In this document: piece after piece, positions 13,541 through 21,266 of the stretch
Layout: each line of letters begins with the position of its first letter
Position numbering within the stretch: position 1 is the first letter of the stretch
Assembly (NCBI GenBank): GCA_002497285.1
Contig: DANJ01000001.1
Span: 1 to 32,000 of the forward strand
Direction of reading: 5' to 3'
Source of the DNA: Candidatus Pacearchaeota archaeon UBA92
GTDB lineage: Archaea > Nanobdellota > Nanobdellia > Pacearchaeales > GW2011-AR1
Length of the DNA stretch: 32,000 nt
Program-made: the position numbers and the translations under genes
The notes under the pieces: model-generated
The model's input: the letters and a program-made list of their open reading frames with translations, nothing else
Database searches by the model: none
Told to the model about the DNA's origin: nothing

Positions 13541-15804
13541 ATTTCTCTCGCTCTTTTCATAGCCCACTCTTTCCATTCGGGAAATACTCTGTCGCTCACA
13601 GGCAACCCAACTTCTTGCCTTATCTTATCACTTATCCTGTGAAAGACTTCATTTGATAATACATTAAAACTGGCTTCCAAAATAATTGGCTTCCCAGATT
13701 TCTTTGCAAGATTTACTATCTCTTGTTTTATTCTTCCCCTCAAAATAATATTCTCATAGACAGCATCCCAATTTCCGGCCCAACCCTTTACACTACCTGC
13801 AACACTTTTGATAATTTCAGATTCTCCATTTATTATTTCATCTGTTGGCTCCAATTCATCCTTTTCAACGTTATATTTAAGCAAATCAACAAATCCTTTT
13901 TCTTCTAATGGATCCTTAGTCCAATTTTTTCTCACCTCAGTAAGTTGGACAACCCTCTTCTTGCTATGTAATCCATCTGCAGTTTTGATAGGGTTAGCAA
14001 CTAAAACCAAATCAGTCGCCTTGAAACTTGTAACAGGAACTTTCAAATCATTAACAAGTCTGTCAAACACTCCGTAAGGTGAAGCTCCATGAATTGTTCC
14101 TGCAACAACATTGGCCAATGCTCCAACTCTCATTGCTTCATATAACGCCTTCGCCTCTTCGCTTCTTACTTCTCCAATTATCAAAGCAGAATCACCTAAT
14201 CTTAAACTTGACCTTATTCCTTCAGAAGCATCAACCTCAGTAGTTGTCTCGAGCAACGCGCTCCTTACCTTCATTCTCTGAATATTATACTTTATCTTTC
14301 TCAAAGCATCAACTGGCAATTCTAATGTATCTTCTAATACAATAGTTCTAACCTTGGGCATTATCTCAAGCATTAAACTCCCAAGAAAGGAGGTCTTTCC
14401 ACTACTTCTTGTACCTGCAATCAATAAAGTTCTATTTCCATCAATCAAAAAACTAAGGAGTCCTGCAGTAAAACTATTAATCATCTTATTATCAATGAAA
14501 AGAGGAAGTGTCCATGGCTCATCTCTATGTCTTCTCAATGCATATGCAAGCCCGTAAGGAGATAAAGGCTTCTGAATCGCAGCAACTCTTGCCCTTATTT
14601 TTCCAAAGGTTAAATCTGTATCAAGAATAGGATTTGCCTCATCCAATGGCCTCCCACTTTGTAACCTTAGCTTCGCAGCCCACGAATCCGCATCTTCAAA
14701 ACTAGGAATAATATTGGTGACACATTCTTCATATTTTGAATGTCTAATAAAGATAGGATTCTGTGCAATTGGAGAATTTAAATAAACATCCTGTAAATTA
14801 GAATCCATAAGTAAAACTTCAATCAGTCCAAAACCAACTGTCTGCCTTACTAAAATATTTGCAAGTCCGTTCAATTCCCTATAACTTAAAGAAATGTTTT
14901 TGCTCTGTGCAAGTTCGTTCAACAAATCTCTTGCAACATTGAAAAAAATAGTCCTTGTCCTATCAGGGTCAGTAAACTCTTCAGCTTTAGGTTGATGTTC
15001 AATTAAAACATTTTTCGCAAGATTGAGTAAGATATGGTGCTCTTCATTTAGACTATATTCTGGAGGCATGATATGATAAAGAAACTTTGAATCATTTTCC
15101 ATTTCTAAAATTGTAACCGTTATAGACTCATATTCGTTATCTATTGTATATTGGTCTATCAGTTTCGAGCCTTCAGGAATCTGTGCAATTAATCGAGTAA
15201 ATGTAAAATTAGGCATAACATCTGGCCTGAATATTCCTACATAAACGCTCCTGTCTCCAACTACATAACTATCTATAATATCCTTAAGCTCTGAAACTAA
15301 ATGTAAATTTCCTACAAGGTCAAAAAATCTTTCCAAAAGCAGAACATAATTTCTTAAACTGGACTTTGGCAGGTCATTCTTTCTCTGATATTTATTAATT
15401 CTAGATTTTAATTCAAGATAACAGCCCACTGGATCCTGCCTTAAAAGATTCAATAAATAATTGAGTTCTCCATGAACTGCAGCAATATCTTGTCCAACAA
15501 TTAAGGTTAATTTTTCAGGTGATAAAAGGTTATCTTGCTTGATTAAATAATTATAAAGTCTTGCAATTTCTGCAAGAAGTTTTACTTGTGCAAAAGGGTA
15601 ATTATAATTTCTTTGTTGTGAAAGAATAACCCTTGATACTTCTGGATTTTCTATCAATGAACCAACAACTTTTGCCATGACATCGGAAGAGTCTGCAATT
15701 GAAGGCACAAAGTCTGCACCAAGATAATTAATATACATAATGTCTTCTCCCTCTCTTCTTTCAATATCTACCTCGTAAAGTGCTGCCTCTCTTCTTAATA
15801 CCAT
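13537..15804 (-). CDS. Type II/IV secretion-family assembly ATPase (FlaI/GspE/VirB11-like) with a long N-terminal extension
   Basis: Walker A LLIAGTRSSGKTSFLGSL, Walker B/Asp box RTIVLEDTLEL, IIGEVRSEEAKALYEAMRVG, and His box AGTIHGASP. The Walker A Lys is near residue 470. The start was chosen at ATG 15804 (MVLRRE..) because a TATA box is centred 25.5 nt upstream. The track start at 15861 is TTG. Confidence 0.85.
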   Translation of the reverse strand: MVLRREAALYEVDIERREGEDIMYINYLGADFVPSIADSSDVMAKVVGSLIENPEVSRVILSQQRNYNYPFAQVKLLAEIARLYNYLIKQDNLLSPEKLTLIVGQDIAAVHGELNYLLNLLRQDPVGCYLELKSRINKYQRKNDLPKSSLRNYVLLLERFFDLVGNLHLVSELKDIIDSYVVGDRSVYVGIFRPDVMPNFTFTRLIAQIPEGSKLIDQYTIDNEYESITVTILEMENDSKFLYHIMPPEYSLNEEHHILLNLAKNVLIEHQPKAEEFTDPDRTRTIFFNVARDLLNELAQSKNISLSYRELNGLANILVRQTVGFGLIEVLLMDSNLQDVYLNSPIAQNPIFIRHSKYEECVTNIIPSFEDADSWAAKLRLQSGRPLDEANPILDTDLTFGKIRARVAAIQKPLSPYGLAYALRRHRDEPWTLPLFIDNKMINSFTAGLLSFLIDGNRTLLIAGTRSSGKTSFLGSLMLEIMPKVRTIVLEDTLELPVDALRKIKYNIQRMKVRSALLETTTEVDASEGIRSSLRLGDSALIIGEVRSEEAKALYEAMRVGALANVVAGTIHGASPYGVFDRLVNDLKVPVTSFKATDLVLVANPIKTADGLHSKKRVVQLTEVRKNWTKDPLEEKGFVDLLKYNVEKDELEPTDEIINGESEIIKSVAGSVKGWAGNWDAVYENIILRGRIKQEIVNLAKKSGKPIILEASFNVLSNEVFHRISDKIRQEVGLPVSDRVFPEWKEWAMKRAREI

Positions 15805-15825
15805 AATTATCAGATACATATTAGA

Positions 15826-15833
15826 ATTAAATA
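15826..15833 (-). promoter_or_regulatory. TATA box for the ATPase gene
   Basis: Minus-strand tatttaat. Its centre is 25.5 nt from ATG 15804. Confidence 0.4.
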
Positions 15834-15860
15834 CATTTCTATAGGGATAAATACAAAACA

Positions 15861-15868
15861 ATTTTAAA
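15861..15868 (+). promoter_or_regulatory. TATA box for the coiled-coil gene pair
   Basis: attttaaa. Its centre is 25.5 nt from ATG 15890. Confidence 0.4.
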
Positions 15869-15889
15869 CTAGTCTTTGTTATATTAAAT

Positions 15890-16198
15890 ATGCCCGAAAT
15901 ATATCAAAACCCTGAAGCTCCAGTAATTGAATCAGGAACCAGATTAAAAGATTTAGAAGAAAAACAAAGGCTTCTGAAAGATAGAGTTTTGCTTATAGGC
16001 CAGAATTTAGTAGAAGAAAGAGCTAAAACATTTAATGAAATACAAGAAATGAAAAAAGAGCTCTTTATACTAAAAGAAGAAAACTTAAGAATGAAAGAAT
16101 TCATACAAAGATTGTCAGAAAAATCTTCCCAGCTTGCAAGAAAAGAAGAGCTGATGATTTTGCAAAGACAGTTTGATATGTTCAAACCGCATATATAA
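15890..16198 (+). CDS. Small coiled-coil protein
   Basis: 102 aa. Heptad-rich RLKDLEEKQRLLKDRVLLIGQNLVEERAKTFNEIQEMKKELFILKEENLRMKEFIQRL. Divergent from the ATPase. Confidence 0.5.
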   Translation: MPEIYQNPEAPVIESGTRLKDLEEKQRLLKDRVLLIGQNLVEERAKTFNEIQEMKKELFILKEENLRMKEFIQRLSEKSSQLARKEELMILQRQFDMFKPHI

Positions 16199-16208
16199 TA
16201 GAGGTAAA

Positions 16209-16952
16209 ATGACAATATTCGATGAAATAAGACAGATGCAGTCCCAAGGCCTTGTAAAAGATCAAATGAGAGATAATTTAAAGGCAAAAGGATTTTCAAA
16301 TAAAGAGGTAGATGAAGCAATGTCTCAAAATGAAATGAAGGGAGCAGTAGAGCAAGAAGCAGAGTTTCCCGTATCTCAAGAAGAAAATCAAAGAAGATAT
16401 GAGTCTGGAGGCATGGTAAAATCAATTCTCCCACCTGAGGCAGAAGATAATGGTGGTGAAATGCAACAAAACCAAGAATATATTCCTCAAGCACCCCAAC
16501 CACAAGGAATACAAGAATATAGTCCACAATACCCGAAAGAATCTGCTCCCCAAGCTCCTCAGGGTTATGAAGAATATCAGCCCTATCAGTCATACTCCTC
16601 AGGTCCGAGTCCGGATTTGATAACTGAAATATCCGAACAAGTATTATCCGAAAAACTATCTCCCCTAAGAAAGTCTCTCGAAAAAACAATGGAATTAAAA
16701 AATGTTCTTGGTTCAAAAATAGATTATATGGAAGAAAGACTTAAGAGAATAGAAAAAACAATAGACATTCTTCAGTCATCAGTCCTTAGAAAAGTGGGAG
16801 ATTATATTACAGATGTTCAAGACATAAAAGCAGAACTGATAGAAACCCAAAAATCACTAAGCAAGGTCTTTCCAGAAATTTCAAAAAGTACAGTTCATCA
16901 TTCAACTCATCCAGCACATCACCCTCACAAAAAACATAATAAGAAAGAATAA
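16209..16952 (+). CDS. Modular protein: UBA-like helical N-terminus, Q/P/Y-rich linker, coiled coil, His-rich tail
   Basis: Start at ATG 16209 with GAGGT 3 nt upstream (the track start at 16173 is probably too long). N-terminus IFDEIRQMQSQGLVKDQMRDNLKAKGFSNKEVDEAMSQ. Linker QEYIPQAPQPQGIQEYSPQYPKESAPQAPQGYEEYQPYQSY. Coiled coil ERLKRIEKTIDILQSSVLRKV. Tail HHSTHPAHHPHKKHNKKE. Confidence 0.55.
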   Translation: MTIFDEIRQMQSQGLVKDQMRDNLKAKGFSNKEVDEAMSQNEMKGAVEQEAEFPVSQEENQRRYESGGMVKSILPPEAEDNGGEMQQNQEYIPQAPQPQGIQEYSPQYPKESAPQAPQGYEEYQPYQSYSSGPSPDLITEISEQVLSEKLSPLRKSLEKTMELKNVLGSKIDYMEERLKRIEKTIDILQSSVLRKVGDYITDVQDIKAELIETQKSLSKVFPEISKSTVHHSTHPAHHPHKKHNKKE

Positions 16953-16954
16953 TT

Positions 16955-17470
16955 TTACTTTGCCTTAACTAAAACCCAACTTATTATTCCTGATAAAGCA
17001 AGCAAAAATATTGCTCCTAAAACCGGCCCAGAAAAAAACCAATCGCTAAATACAAGACCATTAGCACTGGCCCCAAATCCATAATCCGCACTCCCAGGAA
17101 AATAAGGACTTATAACTGTATAAAACACCTTAACTCCCGAAACAATAAAAATAACAACTGCTGTAATTACAACAACAATTCCAATTTTTTCATGCATCCA
17201 TTCTCCTTTCCCAATAAATCCAATTAATACCAAAATGAAAAAGAGACTTATTACTAAAACAGCCATCCAAGGTACAATTGTCAAAACATATTGTTGAACA
17301 CTAGCTGCAGAAATAAATATTGAGGCAATAACAAAACTGACAAATAAATTAAGCCATTTGCTTTCTCCAAGAAGTTCAGTCTTTGCAAGTAAAGCAAACA
17401 TTATAACAAACACTGCGAGAAATGCCCATACCGGGGCAAAATAAGCGATTAGAGAGGCATCAGCTGGCAT
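16955..17470 (-). CDS. 4-TM membrane protein, paralog family member 1
   Basis: APVWAFLAVFVIMFALLAKTELLGESKWLNLFVSFVIASIFI. GGAG overlaps the upstream stop and lies 6 nt before the ATG. Confidence 0.55.
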   Translation of the reverse strand: MPADASLIAYFAPVWAFLAVFVIMFALLAKTELLGESKWLNLFVSFVIASIFISAASVQQYVLTIVPWMAVLVISLFFILVLIGFIGKGEWMHEKIGIVVVITAVVIFIVSGVKVFYTVISPYFPGSADYGFGASANGLVFSDWFFSGPVLGAIFLLALSGIISWVLVKAK

Positions 17471-17478
17471 TTAAACTC

Positions 17479-18045
17479 CTACTTTCCCTCTACGATGCTA
17501 TCCCATAATCTTCCAAGTTTCTTGCTCGTAGAAGGTTTACTAGAATTATTTCCAAGGACTATAACTACAAGAACTCCAATCAATAATGCAGTAATCACAA
17601 CCCATCCAATCAAATCACTTGTTACATACCCTCCATAACCAAAATCAGAGTAAGTCTGGGCAAATATAACTATTGCAATAACAACTCCTACAGCCATCAT
17701 TACCCAGCCCATTATAGCCTGCGAATCGGCTGGTATGAAAAGTCCCATCAGTAAAACAAGTACCAAAATTATTACTAAACCCACTCCAAGCTTTGGTGAA
17801 ATAATATTAAGAAAATCCGTATACACTGACCATCTAATTGCTAATAAACCAATAACTACTGCAATGATGACATGAACTCCTTTATTACCTCCGAACATAT
17901 TTGTCCAAGACAAAACACCAAAAATAACTGCAAAAATTAACAAGAATGGCAATATAAATTGAAACAACCCTATATTCTCAAGTGAGAAAAGAAGGTCTTC
18001 GAATCTAAACGTCTGCATAAACCAAATCGGTAATGATAACACCAT
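17479..18045 (-). CDS. 4-TM membrane protein, paralog family member 2
   Basis: FILPFLLIFAVIFGVLSWTNMFGGNKGVHVIIAVVIGLLAI. A TATA box at 18065-18072 lies 23.5 nt upstream. Confidence 0.55.
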   Translation of the reverse strand: MVLSLPIWFMQTFRFEDLLFSLENIGLFQFILPFLLIFAVIFGVLSWTNMFGGNKGVHVIIAVVIGLLAIRWSVYTDFLNIISPKLGVGLVIILVLVLLMGLFIPADSQAIMGWVMMAVGVVIAIVIFAQTYSDFGYGGYVTSDLIGWVVITALLIGVLVVIVLGNNSSKPSTSKKLGRLWDSIVEGK

Positions 18046-18064
18046 AACTGGAGCAACTAAAACT

Positions 18065-18072
18065 TATTTAAA
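18065..18072 (-). promoter_or_regulatory. TATA box for paralogs 2 and 1
   Basis: Minus-strand tttaaata. Its centre is 23.5 nt from ATG 18045. Confidence 0.4.
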
Positions 18073-18083
18073 TATGTTTCTAA

Positions 18084-18587
18084 TTACTCCTTCTTTTTCT
18101 TCTCACCGCTTCCACTGCCCCAAACAACAGCAGCAACAGCGACTGCAATAATCACGATGAAGACGGCATTCATAAACAAATCACTCTCTCCTCCATATAC
18201 CCAGTTCTCAAGAACATAATCCCATATTCCTGTAGACATCATCACTGCAATTATAAGAGCAATACCAATAACAATTCCAAAACCTATCTTAAGTCCCTTG
18301 CTCATTTCAAATTCTCCTTCCTTGAAAACCATCCCATATAGAATCATAAAAACAAGAATAATTACAGCGCCAACCGCCAGAAAAGGAATCAGACTTGTTA
18401 CAATTCCTACAGCATTTGTAAATGCGATGAATATAAGCCCTATAACAAGCGCAACGAGTGCATCAATCTGTTTCTTACCCTCTCCAAAGATTTTTGCTTT
18501 CTGAAGAATTGCAAACATTATCACAAAGACAAGAAGAAAAGGTAAAACTAACTCGCTAAAAAAAGTATTCTGTAATATCGTAGCCAT
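18084..18587 (-). CDS. 4-TM membrane protein, paralog family member 3
   Basis: LVLPFLLVFVIMFAILQKAKIFGEGKKQIDALVALVIGLIFI. C-terminal tail GSGSGEKKKKE. Confidence 0.55.
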   Translation of the reverse strand: MATILQNTFFSELVLPFLLVFVIMFAILQKAKIFGEGKKQIDALVALVIGLIFIAFTNAVGIVTSLIPFLAVGAVIILVFMILYGMVFKEGEFEMSKGLKIGFGIVIGIALIIAVMMSTGIWDYVLENWVYGGESDLFMNAVFIVIIAVAVAAVVWGSGSGEKKKKE

Positions 18588-18609
18588 GTATTCAAAAAAA
18601 CCTCATTCT

Positions 18610-18617
18610 ATTTAAAT
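18610..18617 (-). promoter_or_regulatory. TATA box (ATTTAAAT) for paralog 3
   Basis: Its centre is 26.5 nt from ATG 18587. Confidence 0.4.
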
Positions 18618-18622
18618 CTTAC

Positions 18623-18913
18623 TTAATTCAAGTCAACTTCTTCAGAAGCATTCATTTCCATTGACTCTTCCCTCAGTGGCAAGGAAGACTTATTGACAAT
18701 AAAAATGTCGCCAATAGCCTTCACAAACTGCTGCGGTATTATCACCCCTCTCGCTCCCCCCAGAAGATTCATAAAGCCAGAACCCACCTTTATTCTCCAA
18801 CCATCAATCTTATTATCAACTAAATTAACCTCTTCTATCTGTCCAAAATAGTCTCCATCAGAAGTATAAACATTCTTTCCAAGAACATCACTTAATTTTT
18901 TTATTCTCAACAT
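18623..18913 (-). CDS. PRC-barrel domain protein
   Basis: 96 aa. LGKNVYTSDGDYFGQIEEVNLVDNKIDGWRIKV...GVIIPQQFVKAIGDIFIV matches the PRC-barrel pattern (G..V....G..lG.v.d...d....i..l.v). Confidence 0.6.
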   Translation of the reverse strand: MLRIKKLSDVLGKNVYTSDGDYFGQIEEVNLVDNKIDGWRIKVGSGFMNLLGGARGVIIPQQFVKAIGDIFIVNKSSLPLREESMEMNASEEVDLN

Positions 18914-18934
18914 ACTGAAAAATGCTTGAAGCAG

Positions 18935-18942
18935 TATTTATA
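18935..18942 (-). promoter_or_regulatory. TATA box for the PRC-barrel gene
   Basis: Minus-strand tataaata. Its centre is 25.5 nt from ATG 18913. Confidence 0.4.
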
Positions 18943-18985
18943 CTTTACGATAACCTGAAATATACATTCTCCTCGTTACAAAATC

Positions 18986-18992
18986 TTTATAA
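18986..18992 (+). promoter_or_regulatory. TATA box for the M50-like gene
   Basis: tttataa. Its centre is about 26 nt from ATG 19015. Confidence 0.4.
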
Positions 18993-19014
18993 CCCTCTTC
19001 TTGCTCCATAAAGT

Positions 19015-19656
19015 ATGAATGAAAAAGAGATTATCCACGTCATTATTGCAATAATCATCTTATCAATCGTAATAAGCTTCACCGAATTAATCCAGACTAA
19101 CTTCTATTACCTTGGCACTGCAATCATTTTTGCATCTATAATAATAATTACTAACGTTTTAGGGAAAAAAGTAGCGGCTAGCTTTCTGGATGCATCTGTA
19201 GAGCATAGCATATTATCTTGGTCACGTTATGGATTCAAACCAGACTGGCATCTAAAGAAAGAAATTCCTTCTGGAGCAATCCTTCCTCTTGTATTTTCTG
19301 CATTTTCTCTAGGATATATAAAAGTCATGGCCATTTTAACTTATGACACCTCTGCATTGAAAAGACGTGCAGCAAAAAGATTTGGACACTATTCTTATAC
19401 TGAAATGACAGACTTCCATACTGCATTGGTTGGCGCTGGAGGAATAGTAATAACTCTTTTACTTGCATTTATCACTTATTGGACTGGCCCCGAAACACTT
19501 GCAAGAATGGCTGCATTTTATGCATTCTGGAATATGATTCCAGTTTCAAAGTTTGATGGCACTCAGATATACTTCGGTTCTAGGGTCCTCTGGACAATCC
19601 TCACATTAATCACATTACTCTTCGCGGCATACGCAATATTTACAGGAATTTACTAA
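19015..19656 (+). CDS. M50 (site-2 protease)-like membrane protein lacking the HExxH zinc site
   Basis: 213 aa. ITNVLGKKVAASFLDASVEHSILSW occupies the position of ..HELAHK.VA...G..AEF..W. The downstream NxxPxxxxDG motif is kept (FWNMIPVSKFDGTQIY). Confidence 0.5.
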   Translation: MNEKEIIHVIIAIIILSIVISFTELIQTNFYYLGTAIIFASIIIITNVLGKKVAASFLDASVEHSILSWSRYGFKPDWHLKKEIPSGAILPLVFSAFSLGYIKVMAILTYDTSALKRRAAKRFGHYSYTEMTDFHTALVGAGGIVITLLLAFITYWTGPETLARMAAFYAFWNMIPVSKFDGTQIYFGSRVLWTILTLITLLFAAYAIFTGIY

Positions 19657-19692
19657 CCAAAACCTTAAATCCCCTAACATTATTTCTTAAAC

Positions 19693-21231
19693 ATGGCTTC
19701 CTTTGAACCAAGAGATTATCAAAATTCAATCTTTGAAACTGCCAAAAACAATAACACCCTTGTAGTCTTACCAACCGGAGTAGGGAAAACACTAATAGCA
19801 TTAATGCTTGCAATAGAAAGGCAAAAAAAACACCCTGGAGAAAAAGTCCTAATTCTTGCCCCGACTAAACCCCTAATAGAGCAACATTATGAAACATTCA
19901 AAAAAAATCTTCATGAATTATTTGCATCTCTCGAACTATTCACAGGTGAAATTCCTGCAAAGCAAAGAAAAAAACTCTGGGACACTGCAGACATAATTTT
20001 TTCCACACCTCAGTGTATAGCAAATGATATTGGCAACTACCTATACGACCTAAGACAAGTATCATTACTAGTAATAGATGAAGCACACAGATGCCTAAAA
20101 AATTATGATTATACAAAAGTCGCGAGTAGTTATAAGTCACAATCAGTTCATCCTCTAATTCTTGGATTAACTGCTTCTCCTGGTTCAGATTCAGAAAAAG
20201 TAAAGCAAATTTGCCTGAATCTTAACATAGAAAAAATAGAGTCAAGAACTCGAGATTCTGAAGATGTTAAGCCTTATATGCAAGAACTAGATTTTCAAAA
20301 ACATTTAGTACCATTTCCAAAAGAATTCATAGAAATCCAAGTTTTATTAAAAAAAATCTTCGATAACAAAGTAAACCAACTTAGAGAAAGATCACTATTA
20401 TTCGGCCCAGTAAACAAAATTATTCTATTGAAACTTCAATCTCGTTTGGCTGCACAGGCATCACAAAAAAATGGAAACGCAATGTATGGCATGTCATTAA
20501 CTGCGCAGGCGATAAAAATCTCTCATGCCCTAGAATTGTTAGAGACTCAAACTCTTTCAGGATTAAATGATTACCTCCTTAGATTAAAAAAACAAGCAGA
20601 AGAGAAAAAAAGCAGAGGCGTGCAAACACTTGTTAACAGCCCAGAGTTTATGGCGGCATTTCTCTCTTTAACCCAACTTTTAGAAAAAGGAACCGAACAT
20701 CCCAAAATAGAAGAATTAAGTACATTAATAGAATCTGAATTTCAAGAATCAAAAAAAGCAAAAATAATAATTTTTACACAATTTAGAGACACGGCATCGG
20801 TAATCTTAAAAAATCTGGCAAAAATAAAACTGGCAAAACCAAAAATGTTCGTCGGGCAGGCAAAAAAGAGCAATTCATCCGGTTCAACAGGACTCTCACA
20901 GAAAGAACAAAAACAAATCATCCAAGATTTTAGAGAAAATAAAGTAAACATCTTAATAGCAACCTCAATCGGAGAAGAAGGTTTAGACATCCCTGAGGTC
21001 TCAGCAGTTTACTTCTACGAACCAATCCCAAGTGAGATAAGAAAAATCCAGAGAGCCGGAAGAACGGCTCGTTTAGCCAAGGGAAAATTAGCTATTCTTA
21101 TAACTCAAAACACACGAGATGAAATTAACCATTACGCTTCTACAGCAAGAGAGAAAAAAATGCACAGAGTAATAGACAAAGTAAAATTAGATTTGAAAAA
21201 TAAACCTAAAACCCTAAGAGATTTCATATAA
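19693..21231 (+). CDS. hef: Hef/FANCM-type SF2 helicase (helicase part only)
   Basis: Motif I VLPTGVGKTLIA, motif II LLVIDEAHR, motif III GLTASPG, motif VI QRAGRTAR, with an inserted helical domain between the RecA lobes. N-terminus RDYQ..I, as in Hef. Confidence 0.8.
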   Translation: MASFEPRDYQNSIFETAKNNNTLVVLPTGVGKTLIALMLAIERQKKHPGEKVLILAPTKPLIEQHYETFKKNLHELFASLELFTGEIPAKQRKKLWDTADIIFSTPQCIANDIGNYLYDLRQVSLLVIDEAHRCLKNYDYTKVASSYKSQSVHPLILGLTASPGSDSEKVKQICLNLNIEKIESRTRDSEDVKPYMQELDFQKHLVPFPKEFIEIQVLLKKIFDNKVNQLRERSLLFGPVNKIILLKLQSRLAAQASQKNGNAMYGMSLTAQAIKISHALELLETQTLSGLNDYLLRLKKQAEEKKSRGVQTLVNSPEFMAAFLSLTQLLEKGTEHPKIEELSTLIESEFQESKKAKIIIFTQFRDTASVILKNLAKIKLAKPKMFVGQAKKSNSSGSTGLSQKEQKQIIQDFRENKVNILIATSIGEEGLDIPEVSAVYFYEPIPSEIRKIQRAGRTARLAKGKLAILITQNTRDEINHYASTAREKKMHRVIDKVKLDLKNKPKTLRDFI

Positions 21232-21266
21232 GCAATAAATAAAAACAAAGGGTTCTAACAGATTGC

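Noticed and set aside
4442-15861. Archaellum (archaeal flagellum) operon
   Set aside because: None of the eleven class III proteins has the conserved archaellin N-terminal domain or size. No FlaC/D/E, FlaF, FlaG or FlaH (KaiC-like) genes are present. The layout fits an adhesion or Epd/Tad-like pilus better.
16470-16600. Tandem DNA repeat or CRISPR-like periodicity
   Set aside because: Only three imperfect 9-nt matches occur, at irregular spacing (39 and 57 nt), inside an ORF. They encode a Q/P/Y-rich low-complexity linker and are not a repeat-spacer array.
15904-16716. 270-aa minus-strand ORF spanning both coiled-coil genes
   Set aside because: It is antisense to two genes that have a promoter, an SD and clear heptad structure. 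The frame stays open only because the sense strand is rich in GAA/AAA/CAA codons. It would have no promoter and would run into the ATPase promoter region.
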